Origin: Candidatus Latescibacterota bacterium
Lineage (GTDB): Bacteria; Latescibacterota; UBA2968; UBA8231
Assembly (NCBI GenBank): GCA_965217585.1
Contig: OZ244561.1
Span: forward strand, 960,001-1,024,000
Direction of reading: 5' to 3'
DNA: 64,000 nt
Part shown: positions 9,901 through 18,307 of the stretch, in pieces
Layout: every line of letters starts with the position of its first letter
Numbering within the stretch: position 1 is the stretch's first letter
Program-made: the position numbers and the translations under genes
The notes under the pieces: model-generated
The model's input: only the letters and a program-made list of their open reading frames with translations
Told to the model about the DNA's origin: nothing
Databases searched by the model: none

Positions 9901-11226
9901 CTAGAGCGGTGCGGATGTCAAGGTCGAGGCGAGACGCCAAGTGCGCGGACCAAGCGCGAGGACGTGCAAGAGCGCGTCGCGCTTGTGGACGAAGTCGGGC
10001 AACAGGTCGTCGGCTAGGGTTGGGACGACACTGCCTGTGTTGATGTGTTCGGGATTGATGTGGTGGCCGTCTTTGATGATTTCGTAGTGCAGGTGGGGGC
10101 CGCTCGCGAGTCCTGTAGAACCAACTTTGCCGATGATATCTTTCTGCTGTACGAGCTCGCCCTTGCGAACCAATATCTTGCTCAGGTGCGCGTAGCGGGT
10201 GCGGTAGCCATTGGAATGAACGATTTCGACCAGCTTGCCGTAGCCGCCTTTCCAGCCGGCGTACGCGACCTTCCCTCGGGCTGTAGTCCACACTGGGGTG
10301 CCGGTCCGCGCACCGTAGTCCGTGCCCAGATGGGGGCGTTGCTTTTTGTGGATGGGATGGAAGCGTTGGCGGTTGAAGCGCGAGGTGATGCGATTGACCC
10401 CGAGGGGCTTGAGTACGAACATCCGGCCGAGAGAGCGGCCGCTGGCGTTGTAATAAGCGTCCTCCCCCTCGGCGGAAGCATAGCGGACCGCCAACTCGGT
10501 CACTCTTTCGCCTTCGTAGCGCGCCAAGAGGACGTGGCCGTAGCGGATGAAGCGCCCTTCCATGTAGAGCTTTTCAAAGACGATACCGAGCCGATCGCCG
10601 CGGCGCGGGTCGCGCTGAAAGTCGATGACTGCGCCAAATATGTCATCGGCGAGCACGTCGCTGAGCGCGCTGCCTTCCCCGGCTGCGCTGATGGCGTTGG
10701 AGAGATTGTCCTTGATGCGCACTTCGAGCCGCTCGACCCGTCGATCCAGCGGCAGCTGCAACTGGTGGCCAACAAACTGACCATCGCGCAGCTCCACCTC
10801 GATTGGGCGATCCGGGGTGCGGTGGGGCGTGTAGCGGAAGCGACGAATGGCATCGCTGGTATCGATTACAACCTCGTAGTAGTCGCCCGGCTTGACTCGC
10901 GCGGGGTCAAAGACCGCGTATAACGCTTGGTACAGCAGCTCCAATTGACCACTCGGGACGTGGTGCTTGAGCGAGCGGTCGATGGAATCCCCTTGGCGCA
11001 GCGCGGCGGCAATCGTCCGCGTGGGATCGTCGGGCGGGGGCGGAATCGGCGGGCCGACAAAGGGCGGCTCCCAAACTGCGGCCGAAGCGACCGGAGCAAA
11101 GGCTACTTCCTCGAGGTGGGCGGCTGCGGCCGCCGAGTGCTGAGAGGACATCCCCAAGCGCAGCGCCATAAGCGCGAGGCTGCTCAAGAGGATGCCCCAG
11201 AACCAGATGGCAAATCCAAATCGCAT
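9901..11226 (-). CDS. M23 family peptidoglycan DD-endopeptidase (MepM/Csd3-like)
   Basis: HLGTD, YAHL and HLHYE zinc motifs; N-terminal TM helix. Confidence 0.9.
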   Translation of the reverse strand: MRFGFAIWFWGILLSSLALMALRLGMSSQHSAAAAAHLEEVAFAPVASAAVWEPPFVGPPIPPPPDDPTRTIAAALRQGDSIDRSLKHHVPSGQLELLYQALYAVFDPARVKPGDYYEVVIDTSDAIRRFRYTPHRTPDRPIEVELRDGQFVGHQLQLPLDRRVERLEVRIKDNLSNAISAAGEGSALSDVLADDIFGAVIDFQRDPRRGDRLGIVFEKLYMEGRFIRYGHVLLARYEGERVTELAVRYASAEGEDAYYNASGRSLGRMFVLKPLGVNRITSRFNRQRFHPIHKKQRPHLGTDYGARTGTPVWTTARGKVAYAGWKGGYGKLVEIVHSNGYRTRYAHLSKILVRKGELVQQKDIIGKVGSTGLASGPHLHYEIIKDGHHINPEHINTGSVVPTLADDLLPDFVHKRDALLHVLALGPRTWRLASTLTSAPL

Positions 11227-11284
11227 ATGCAAAATCTATGGGGGAGAAAAATAAAGGGCTGACAACGGTTGGGGAGGGGAACCG

Positions 11285-11337
11285 TTGACCAATATCAGCA
11301 AACCTTTAACATATATATTTTAACATTTAAGCGTCAA
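11285..11337. promoter_or_regulatory. Candidate divergent sigma70 promoters between the M23 peptidase gene and rlmN
   Basis: TTGACC-16-TAACAT on + and TTGACG-18-TATGTT on -, in an AT-rich spacer. Confidence 0.4.
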
Positions 11338-11348
11338 GGACTTTTAAC

Positions 11349-12410
11349 GTGGCTAGTCGGCTCTACGACCTAAAAGCTATGCTGCCCGTCGAACTCGACC
11401 GACTCGTCGGCGAGCTCGACGAACCGGCGTACCGCACCCGTCAGATCTTCGATTGGCTCTACGCCAAGGGCGTGCGCGACGTATGCGAGATGACCAATGT
11501 CTCCAAAACTTTGCGGGACAAGCTCGCCGAGCGGACGCGCATTACTTGCCTGAACCTCGTCAAGCGCCAAGAGTCGGCCACGGGCGAGGCCGTCAAATTC
11601 CTCTTTGAGCTGCCCACCGGGCAGCGGATCGAGTCCGTGCTGATCGTCGATGGCACCCGGCGCACGGCGTGCCTGTCGTCGCAAGTGGGCTGTCCGCTCG
11701 ACTGCAAGTTCTGCGCCACCGGGCGAATGGGGATGATAGCCAACCTCGAAGCCGGGCAGATCGTCGATCAGCTCTTGCAGGTGAACCACTTCGCCCGTGG
11801 GCGGGGCGAGAAGGTGACCAATGTGGTGATGATGGGGATGGGCGAACCGCTGCTCAACTACTCGGCGGTCGCGCGCGCCCTAAAGCTAATGCGCCTAAAA
11901 GAGGGCATTGGGTTGGGGGGGCGGAAAGTCACGGTGTCCACTGCGGGTTACATCCCGGGCATCCGCCGGCTCATGGCCGAAGATCTCAACGTGGGGTTGG
12001 CCATTTCGCTCAACGCCACGACCGACGAGATACGCGAACAGCTCATGCCGATCAACCGCAAGTACAAAATCGCCGACCTCTTGGCGGTCGCACGCGAATT
12101 TTTCGCCTGTCGCGGCTACGGTGTCACCTTTGAATACGTGCTCATGGCCGGGTTGACCGATGCAGATGCAGACGCGCGGCGACTGGCCGAACTGACCCGC
12201 GACATTCCCTGCAAGATCAACCTCATACCCTACAACGAAACGGATGCGGACCGCCGCTTCCGCCGGCCAGCCCGCCGGCGCTTAGAGCAGTTTTACCAAG
12301 TACTCAGAGGCTGCGGCGTCGAGTTTACCGTGCGCCACAGCCGCGGGCGGGACATCGACGCGGCCTGCGGTCAGCTCTATCACCAACAAAAAAATGAGTT
12401 GGAGTCGTGA
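11349..12410 (+). CDS. rlmN: 23S rRNA (adenine2503-C2)-methyltransferase RlmN
   Basis: CLSSQVGCPLDCKFC radical SAM motif, MGMGEPL, DIDAACGQL. Confidence 0.95.
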   Translation: MASRLYDLKAMLPVELDRLVGELDEPAYRTRQIFDWLYAKGVRDVCEMTNVSKTLRDKLAERTRITCLNLVKRQESATGEAVKFLFELPTGQRIESVLIVDGTRRTACLSSQVGCPLDCKFCATGRMGMIANLEAGQIVDQLLQVNHFARGRGEKVTNVVMMGMGEPLLNYSAVARALKLMRLKEGIGLGGRKVTVSTAGYIPGIRRLMAEDLNVGLAISLNATTDEIREQLMPINRKYKIADLLAVAREFFACRGYGVTFEYVLMAGLTDADADARRLAELTRDIPCKINLIPYNETDADRRFRRPARRRLEQFYQVLRGCGVEFTVRHSRGRDIDAACGQLYHQQKNELES

Positions 12411-12928
12411 ACTTCAGAGGCCATGTCTTGGGAGGAGCCGTCGCGAGCAGCGCAGTGGCGGCGGGCGCGGTTTACTTGGGCTATGTTGCGCCCGATGACC
12501 TGACGACTCAAGCCGCCGTCGGCGGCACCGCGCTATTCTTCTCCCTTTTTCCCGACTTGGACACGGCTTCGGTGGCGCAGCGATGGTTTTTCCGCGGCGT
12601 CTTCTGCACCTTGCTCTATCTGGGCTGGACCGAACACTACGAGTTGGCGACTATAGTAGGCGTCTTGTGCGTCCTACCGCTTTTGGATCACCACCGAGGC
12701 TGGACGCACTGGAAAATCAGCCCATTCATCACCGTCGGGTTGCTGGGCACGACCTACGAGTACTGGCGAGCGCGGCAGGCCTTTCTCGGGGAATTTAACT
12801 GGGACAACGTACAAACCCTGCTGGAAGGGCACTGGGTTTTCTTTATTGCCTGCATCGCCGGTTGGTACACCCACCTATTGTTAGACGGGCGCTTCAAGGT
12901 GTTCCCCACCAGCCAAGACCACCACTGA
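12407..12928 (+). CDS. Membrane-bound metal-dependent hydrolase (YdjM/YbcI-like)
   Basis: N-terminal GH, FPDLD, HRGWTH, HLLLD motifs with TM segments. Confidence 0.8.
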   Translation: MNFRGHVLGGAVASSAVAAGAVYLGYVAPDDLTTQAAVGGTALFFSLFPDLDTASVAQRWFFRGVFCTLLYLGWTEHYELATIVGVLCVLPLLDHHRGWTHWKISPFITVGLLGTTYEYWRARQAFLGEFNWDNVQTLLEGHWVFFIACIAGWYTHLLLDGRFKVFPTSQDHH

Positions 12929-12934
12929 GGCGGC

Positions 12935-13309
12935 TCAGTCGCACTCGGCCTTGGCGTCTTTATCTTTATTCTTGCTGACGAATTTCTTGATCTTGGCGAT
13001 GGCCTCGGGTAGCAATCCGATGATCTGACCCCAACCGGCCTCCTGCTCGCCGATGGACGCCACCTGCACCCTGCCGTCGGCATCGACGATGAGGAAGGCG
13101 ATAGGTTCGATGTTCGCGCCGCCACCCGTCCCGCTCTGCCCCTTGCCCTCCAGCCCCCCGCCGGCTCCAAAGCCAAACGATATTTTCGATACCGGAATAA
13201 TGGTCAAGTCGCCGGACTGAAACGGCTCCCCGATAACGGTTTCGGTTTGCACGATGCGGTGCAATTCGCCTAGGACGCGCTCGACTAGGGATTCTACAGA
13301 CGATGCCAT
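12935..13309 (-). CDS. GerW/YtfJ family protein
   Basis: TVIGEP, IIPVSKISFGFGAGGG, GGGANIEPIAFL. Confidence 0.85.
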   Translation of the reverse strand: MASSVESLVERVLGELHRIVQTETVIGEPFQSGDLTIIPVSKISFGFGAGGGLEGKGQSGTGGGANIEPIAFLIVDADGRVQVASIGEQEAGWGQIIGLLPEAIAKIKKFVSKNKDKDAKAECD

Positions 13310-13324
13310 GAAAAACTCCTCGAC

Positions 13325-13981
13325 TTAGATCGGGGTGCGGAAGCGCGCGGCCAACAAGCGGTATGCCGCCCGCGAGCCAAAGCGCCCCAAGAGCAAAATT
13401 AATAAGCCCAAGTGCAAATGAGCGACCAAGTCCAAGCGGCCAAAGGCCCCTGTGTGCACAAAATCCGGGCTGACGTTTATTTGGACCTTTCCCTTGCGCC
13501 CTGCAACCCCCTGCAAATAGCCATAGATTCGCCCGGTTTGGGCCGGATCGGCAAAGCCTAAGCGGCCCTGGATTCGCAGCCTTTTGAGCCAAATGATACG
13601 CGGCAAGCTCGCCAATAGCCCAAGACTGGGCTTGACCAGCAGGCGCACAAGCGCGCGCAGGTTCCGCTCGCGGGCTTTGGGCGCGGCCTCTTGCTCGGCT
13701 TTTCGCCGTGTTTTTGGCCTCCGCTTTACTCGGGTTCGCAGCGGCAGCGAGGGGTACGGCAGGAATTGGCCCAAGAGCACAGGCGCGATGCAAAGGCCCT
13801 TAGGGCTCCATCGCAGACCAAGCCCTAGCCCTCCCCAAAAAAAGGACAGTCGCACTCCCCATTCCCAAGACTCCGGAAGGGCCTCGCGCCGGCAGCGCAA
13901 GGCAAGGGTCATAGGGGCGCACAACGCGCCGAGTCCGAGCGCGCCAAACGCGCCGAGCGCGGGAAATAGCCAATCTAGCAT
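13325..13981 (-). CDS. DUF2953-like membrane protein (YtfI-like)
   Basis: GFADPAQTGRIYG and PDF motifs; adjacent to ytfJ; start re-set to ATG 13981. Confidence 0.65.
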   Translation of the reverse strand: MLDWLFPALGAFGALGLGALCAPMTLALRCRREALPESWEWGVRLSFFWGGLGLGLRWSPKGLCIAPVLLGQFLPYPSLPLRTRVKRRPKTRRKAEQEAAPKARERNLRALVRLLVKPSLGLLASLPRIIWLKRLRIQGRLGFADPAQTGRIYGYLQGVAGRKGKVQINVSPDFVHTGAFGRLDLVAHLHLGLLILLLGRFGSRAAYRLLAARFRTPI

Positions 13982-14157
13982 GAAGAGGGGCGCGGCCTTT
14001 TCTGCCACACCGCGTTCCAATCCGTGCGTCCAGTAAACTGCATGATGGCGAACAAGGTGACAATGCACAACAGGGCGATGGCCAAGCTAGTGTACAACCT
14101 ATCGGAGCGCACGGGTTCAGTCAAGCCTTTCTAAGGATGCGGACAGGGTCTCCCGCC

Positions 14158-14186
14158 TTGACAGCACCCGCGTCGTATGTTAGGCT
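14158..14186 (+). promoter_or_regulatory. Sigma70 promoter for the 14276 gene
   Basis: Perfect TTGACA, 17-bp spacer, TGn-TAGGCT extended -10. Confidence 0.6.
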
Positions 14187-14275
14187 TGAATTGGACGTAA
14201 GTTACAGTTAAAAAGTAAGTTAGGCTTTTTGGCCAAGGGGCCAGCACACGGCAATAGCGACGAGGAACGAACCGA

Positions 14276-16057
14276 ATGGCAACCCGAGGGACAGTAGGAA
14301 GGCGCGGCCTTCAGAACGGAGAAAGCTATGGCAATTATTGGCGCGGGCTAGGGGTGGTCATCGCGCTGTGGGCGGCAGTAGTGCCGGCGAGCGCCCGCTC
14401 GACGCTCAGTGCCCGCCTAGACCAACCGGCGATTGCCGGGCCAGCGTTGGATCAGCAGTCCATCCTCTATCTGCACTACTTTCCCGGCGATGGCGAAGCC
14501 ATAGTAAGCGCGGAGCTAAAGTGCCTTGGGAACGCGCGGTTGCACAACGCCCGCTCGGCACTAGGCCAAGCGCAGCTAGCGGAAGCGTCAATCGGCATAG
14601 ACTATGCAGCGCGACCTTTGGCCGGGGAACACATCGATACCCTCTACATCGACCTAGTCGCCGCCGAGGTGGGAAAAATCGGCTGGTCCGCGGCGATCTA
14701 CTCCTCGCTTGAACCACAGGGCGCTCCGGCCCATCAGGTCGAATTCGACCTAGCGGTGCGCCCGCCGCCGGCCGTTTCTTGGTCCATTGAGCCGCAGCGG
14801 GTCTATCAGGGCGAGCGCTTTGACTTGCGCGCTATTGTGCATTTTGACGCGGCCTCCGGTGCACCGTTAGAAGAGCTGAGTTGGAGCTGGCCGCCGGAAC
14901 TGAGCTGGCCGGAGGGCGACACCCCGCAGCGCTGGGAGGGCAGCTTGGCCCCCGGACAGGCCGACACGCTCTCTTGGGTGGTTCGCGTGGCTCCGGCCCA
15001 CCTCGGCCCCCTGCCATTGGCGGTCACTGGGCGGGTCGCCGGCCAGAGTCCAGTGGACTTGGCAACCCAGTACCTGCAGGTGGATCCGCTGCCCGTGATG
15101 GCATTGGAACCTGGGTTTATGATGGCGTTGGGGCCTGGGTTTATGGAGGTAGGCAAGCGCGGGCCAATCACCTGCATATGGCGCAACGAGAGCGCCAACC
15201 CCATCGGCCTCGCGGCCCTGCGTCTGCAAGTTGCGCCGGCGTTCTCGGATGTCTCCTTGGTGAAAGGGCCGCCGGGCGCAACTCTCGTACAGAGCGACGA
15301 GGACGCCGCACCCAGCCTGCTGGTGAGCGGCTTGGATAGCTTGGACGCGGGCGCGGCGATCCGGGTGACGCTCGAAGCGGTGCCGCAGCGCCCGGGGCCT
15401 TTTACTTGGCAGAGTGCCTGTAAGCCCGTGGGGCGAGAGCAGTTCATCCCCCTGCGCGGCGCGAACACGATCCGCGTGGTGTGGGAAGGAACGGCCCAAG
15501 CTCGAGGCGGCGCAAAGCAAACGCCCACGGACTTGCAGTTGATCAACCAAGCCTTTGTCCTCGCCCTAGACCACCAAATGGATGCCTTGCCCCTATCCCC
15601 GGGCACGCGGCTTTTCCTCCAGGCCGAAGACCACAAAAACGAGGCCAATTGGGTCGTCGAGGACGCCCTGATCGAGGCATTGCAGAGGCGGGGCTATCAG
15701 GTGCTAGTGCGCCAGCCGGAAGACGCGCCAGCCGACGTGGTGTACTATCGACTGGTCAGGGCGCGAGTGATGTACTCGCCGGCGTCCCGGCGGCTACTCC
15801 CCTGGAGCAACAAGCTGCGGCGCGAGGCGTATGGCGATCTCTTTCTCAGAGTCGAAACTACTGCCGACCGCATCGTGCGCTGGGACCGCCGCGTCCAAGC
15901 CTATAGCTCGGACATGGTGCCCAAGGGGTTGGAAGGGGTCTTAGGCGGGGGAGACATGGTCGAACAAACGGTACTCAGACCAGAAAACAAGGCCATCGTG
16001 CGCGGCCTATCGGCCGGCATTCTCGGCGGGCTGTTCTACATCTTCTTCGTTTTGTGA
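14276..16057 (+). CDS. Hypothetical exported multidomain protein (beta-rich, C-terminal hydrophobic helix)
   Basis: 593-aa ORF, GAGGA RBS, signal-like segment ending ASA, hydrophobic C-terminus. Confidence 0.6.
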   Translation: MATRGTVGRRGLQNGESYGNYWRGLGVVIALWAAVVPASARSTLSARLDQPAIAGPALDQQSILYLHYFPGDGEAIVSAELKCLGNARLHNARSALGQAQLAEASIGIDYAARPLAGEHIDTLYIDLVAAEVGKIGWSAAIYSSLEPQGAPAHQVEFDLAVRPPPAVSWSIEPQRVYQGERFDLRAIVHFDAASGAPLEELSWSWPPELSWPEGDTPQRWEGSLAPGQADTLSWVVRVAPAHLGPLPLAVTGRVAGQSPVDLATQYLQVDPLPVMALEPGFMMALGPGFMEVGKRGPITCIWRNESANPIGLAALRLQVAPAFSDVSLVKGPPGATLVQSDEDAAPSLLVSGLDSLDAGAAIRVTLEAVPQRPGPFTWQSACKPVGREQFIPLRGANTIRVVWEGTAQARGGAKQTPTDLQLINQAFVLALDHQMDALPLSPGTRLFLQAEDHKNEANWVVEDALIEALQRRGYQVLVRQPEDAPADVVYYRLVRARVMYSPASRRLLPWSNKLRREAYGDLFLRVETTADRIVRWDRRVQAYSSDMVPKGLEGVLGGGDMVEQTVLRPENKAIVRGLSAGILGGLFYIFFVL

Positions 16058-16078
16058 TCTTCAGAAGCTGTCTGGACT

Positions 16079-18307
16079 TCAGAACCTCTGGATGTGCCCG
16101 GGGTCCTGCTCTTGGGGCCGTCCGTGCAGGGGGCACGTGCTCGGCAGTACCTCGCCGGCGATGAAGATCTCCTCTTTCTGATCGGGACAAAAGCGGGTCG
16201 CGATCTTGTTGGAGTCGTTGCAGACCGCGCGGCGCACGACGAGGTCCTCTGGTTCCTCGAACCCGCGGTTTCTCAGGCTGCGATAGGGTTCCACAGTCGC
16301 ATACGCCTCCTTCATAAACCGCGCCCACAAAGGCAGGGCCGCTGCAGAGCCAGTCTGCCTGGGCCAGAGACGCAGACTGGGGTCGTCTATCCCGACCCAG
16401 ACCCCAGCTACGAGATGGGGAGTAAAGCCGATAAACCACGCATCCGTATAGTCGTTAGTCGTGCCGGTTTTGCCGGCAGCTTCGGGCCGGAAGTCGTACT
16501 TCGTGCGGATGCCGTGTCCGGTGCCTTCGTCGACGACCGAGCGCAGCATATCCGCAACAACTACGGCCACGGCCGGCCGCAGCACCTCCTGCTTACGACC
16601 GCTTTCCCGCGTAAAAAAGACATTGCCGTCCTTGCTTTCCAAGCGGCTGATGGCCATCGGATCGACGTGGATACCCTTATTGGGGAAGACCGCGTACGCA
16701 GACACCAAATCGAGGAGTAGCACCTCGCTGGTGCCGACGCCGATGGAGGGAATGGCCTGGATGGGCGTGGATATGCCCATATTGCGGGCATAGCTCCGAA
16801 TCAGGGGTGGGCCGAGTTCGTCGGCCAGCTTGATGGAGATGAGGTTGCGCGACCGCTTTAGCCCTTCGCGCAGCGTCATCGGCCCCAAGAACTTCTTGTC
16901 GTAGTTCTCGGGGTCCCAAAACTTTTCGCGCCTGTGGTCCCAGAGCGTAAAGGCATTGTCGTCGAGCATATCCACCGCAAAGCGATTGTTGTCGATGGCG
17001 GCCGTGTACACGAAGGGCTTGAACGCGGACCCAGGCTGCCGCTTGGCCTGGGTGGCGCGGTTGAATTTGCTGCGGCTGAAGTCGCGGCCCCCAATCATGG
17101 CCAAGATGTGACCAGTGGCCGGATCCATGGCCACGAAGGCGGCTTGGACTATGGCCGAATCGCGTACGCTGCGGGACGCGCCCACGACTTTTAGGTACTG
17201 ATCCACCTTTTTCTGCACCTCGCTTATTTCAACCGCAAAGTGCTTTTCGGCGATCTGCTGCAAGCGCGAGTCGAGCGTAGTGTGGACCACAAAACCCTCG
17301 CGATAGGTTGCCATGCCAAACTCGCGCTGCATCTGCTGGCGGACGTACTCGACAAAGTACGGGGCTATGCCATACGTCTCCTCGCGGCTACCCCTGCGAG
17401 CGGCGATGGGTTCGCTGCACAGGGAATCGCGCTCGGCGGGCGTAATCGCGCCGTTGTCGGCCATGCTGTACAGCACCAGATTGCGGCGCTTGCGGGCGCG
17501 TTCGGGGTGGCGCAGGGGGCTATTGCGGTTTGGCCCCGGGAGCAGCCCGACGAGCAAGGCACTCTCTTCGAGCGCGAGTTTATCGACTTCGCTGTCAAAG
17601 TACAGGCGCGCCGCCGACTTAACCCCGTAGGCACCGGCACCGAAATAGACCGTGTTGAGGTACATAGTCATTATCTCGGGCTTGGTGTACAGGCGCTCGA
17701 TTAAGACGGCGGTGATCTGTTCGCGAATCTTGCGCGCGAACGTGGCCGCCAGAGCCGTAAAGGAAGCGCTGCTGCGCTGGGTGCCAACCTCAGAGAAGCT
17801 CTTGCGGGCGAGCTGCTGGGTGAGCGTGCTGGCCCCTTGGCCGATGAGGCGTCCATCCTTGAGGTTGGCCAGCAGCGCTCCGGGGATGCGGTAGATATCG
17901 ATGCCCCAATGCGAGAAGAAGCGCCGATCTTCACTCGCGAGGAGAGCGGCCTGCATGGATGCGGGGATTTCCTCATAGGTGACGATTTCGCGGTTTTCTT
18001 CGAGGAAGTCCTGCAAGTGGCGGCCGTCGGCCGAATACACGTTGGTGACCCGTTTGGGCCGGAAGCTCCAAGCGTCAATGTCGGGCAAGTTGTCGTTGAA
18101 GATCAGATAGCCACTCACGCCGACAACGGCGTACAAGGCGAAGCAGCAAGCGGTGTAGAGCAGCAGCCTCTTGAGCAGTGAGAGGCTAATCGCGCGTTTC
18201 GCTCCTTCTATTACCCTGTCCAGAAGCCCTTTATTCACATTGCTCAGTAAGAGTCTAGCCACGCGTTTCGCTCCTTCTACTACCCTGCCCAGAAGCCCTT
18301 TATTCAT
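16079..18307 (-). CDS. Penicillin-binding protein 1A family (transglycosylase + transpeptidase)
   Basis: EDRRFFSH, GASTLTQQ, RKIRE; SAFK, SRN and KTG motifs. Confidence 0.95.
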   Translation of the reverse strand: MNKGLLGRVVEGAKRVARLLLSNVNKGLLDRVIEGAKRAISLSLLKRLLLYTACCFALYAVVGVSGYLIFNDNLPDIDAWSFRPKRVTNVYSADGRHLQDFLEENREIVTYEEIPASMQAALLASEDRRFFSHWGIDIYRIPGALLANLKDGRLIGQGASTLTQQLARKSFSEVGTQRSSASFTALAATFARKIREQITAVLIERLYTKPEIMTMYLNTVYFGAGAYGVKSAARLYFDSEVDKLALEESALLVGLLPGPNRNSPLRHPERARKRRNLVLYSMADNGAITPAERDSLCSEPIAARRGSREETYGIAPYFVEYVRQQMQREFGMATYREGFVVHTTLDSRLQQIAEKHFAVEISEVQKKVDQYLKVVGASRSVRDSAIVQAAFVAMDPATGHILAMIGGRDFSRSKFNRATQAKRQPGSAFKPFVYTAAIDNNRFAVDMLDDNAFTLWDHRREKFWDPENYDKKFLGPMTLREGLKRSRNLISIKLADELGPPLIRSYARNMGISTPIQAIPSIGVGTSEVLLLDLVSAYAVFPNKGIHVDPMAISRLESKDGNVFFTRESGRKQEVLRPAVAVVVADMLRSVVDEGTGHGIRTKYDFRPEAAGKTGTTNDYTDAWFIGFTPHLVAGVWVGIDDPSLRLWPRQTGSAAALPLWARFMKEAYATVEPYRSLRNRGFEEPEDLVVRRAVCNDSNKIATRFCPDQKEEIFIAGEVLPSTCPLHGRPQEQDPGHIQRF

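Noticed and set aside
14197-14223. TAAGTTA motifs (similar AT-rich tracts near 28625 and 31535) as recombination sites
   Set aside because: Short and degenerate; adequately explained as AT-rich promoter or nucleoid-protein binding tracts
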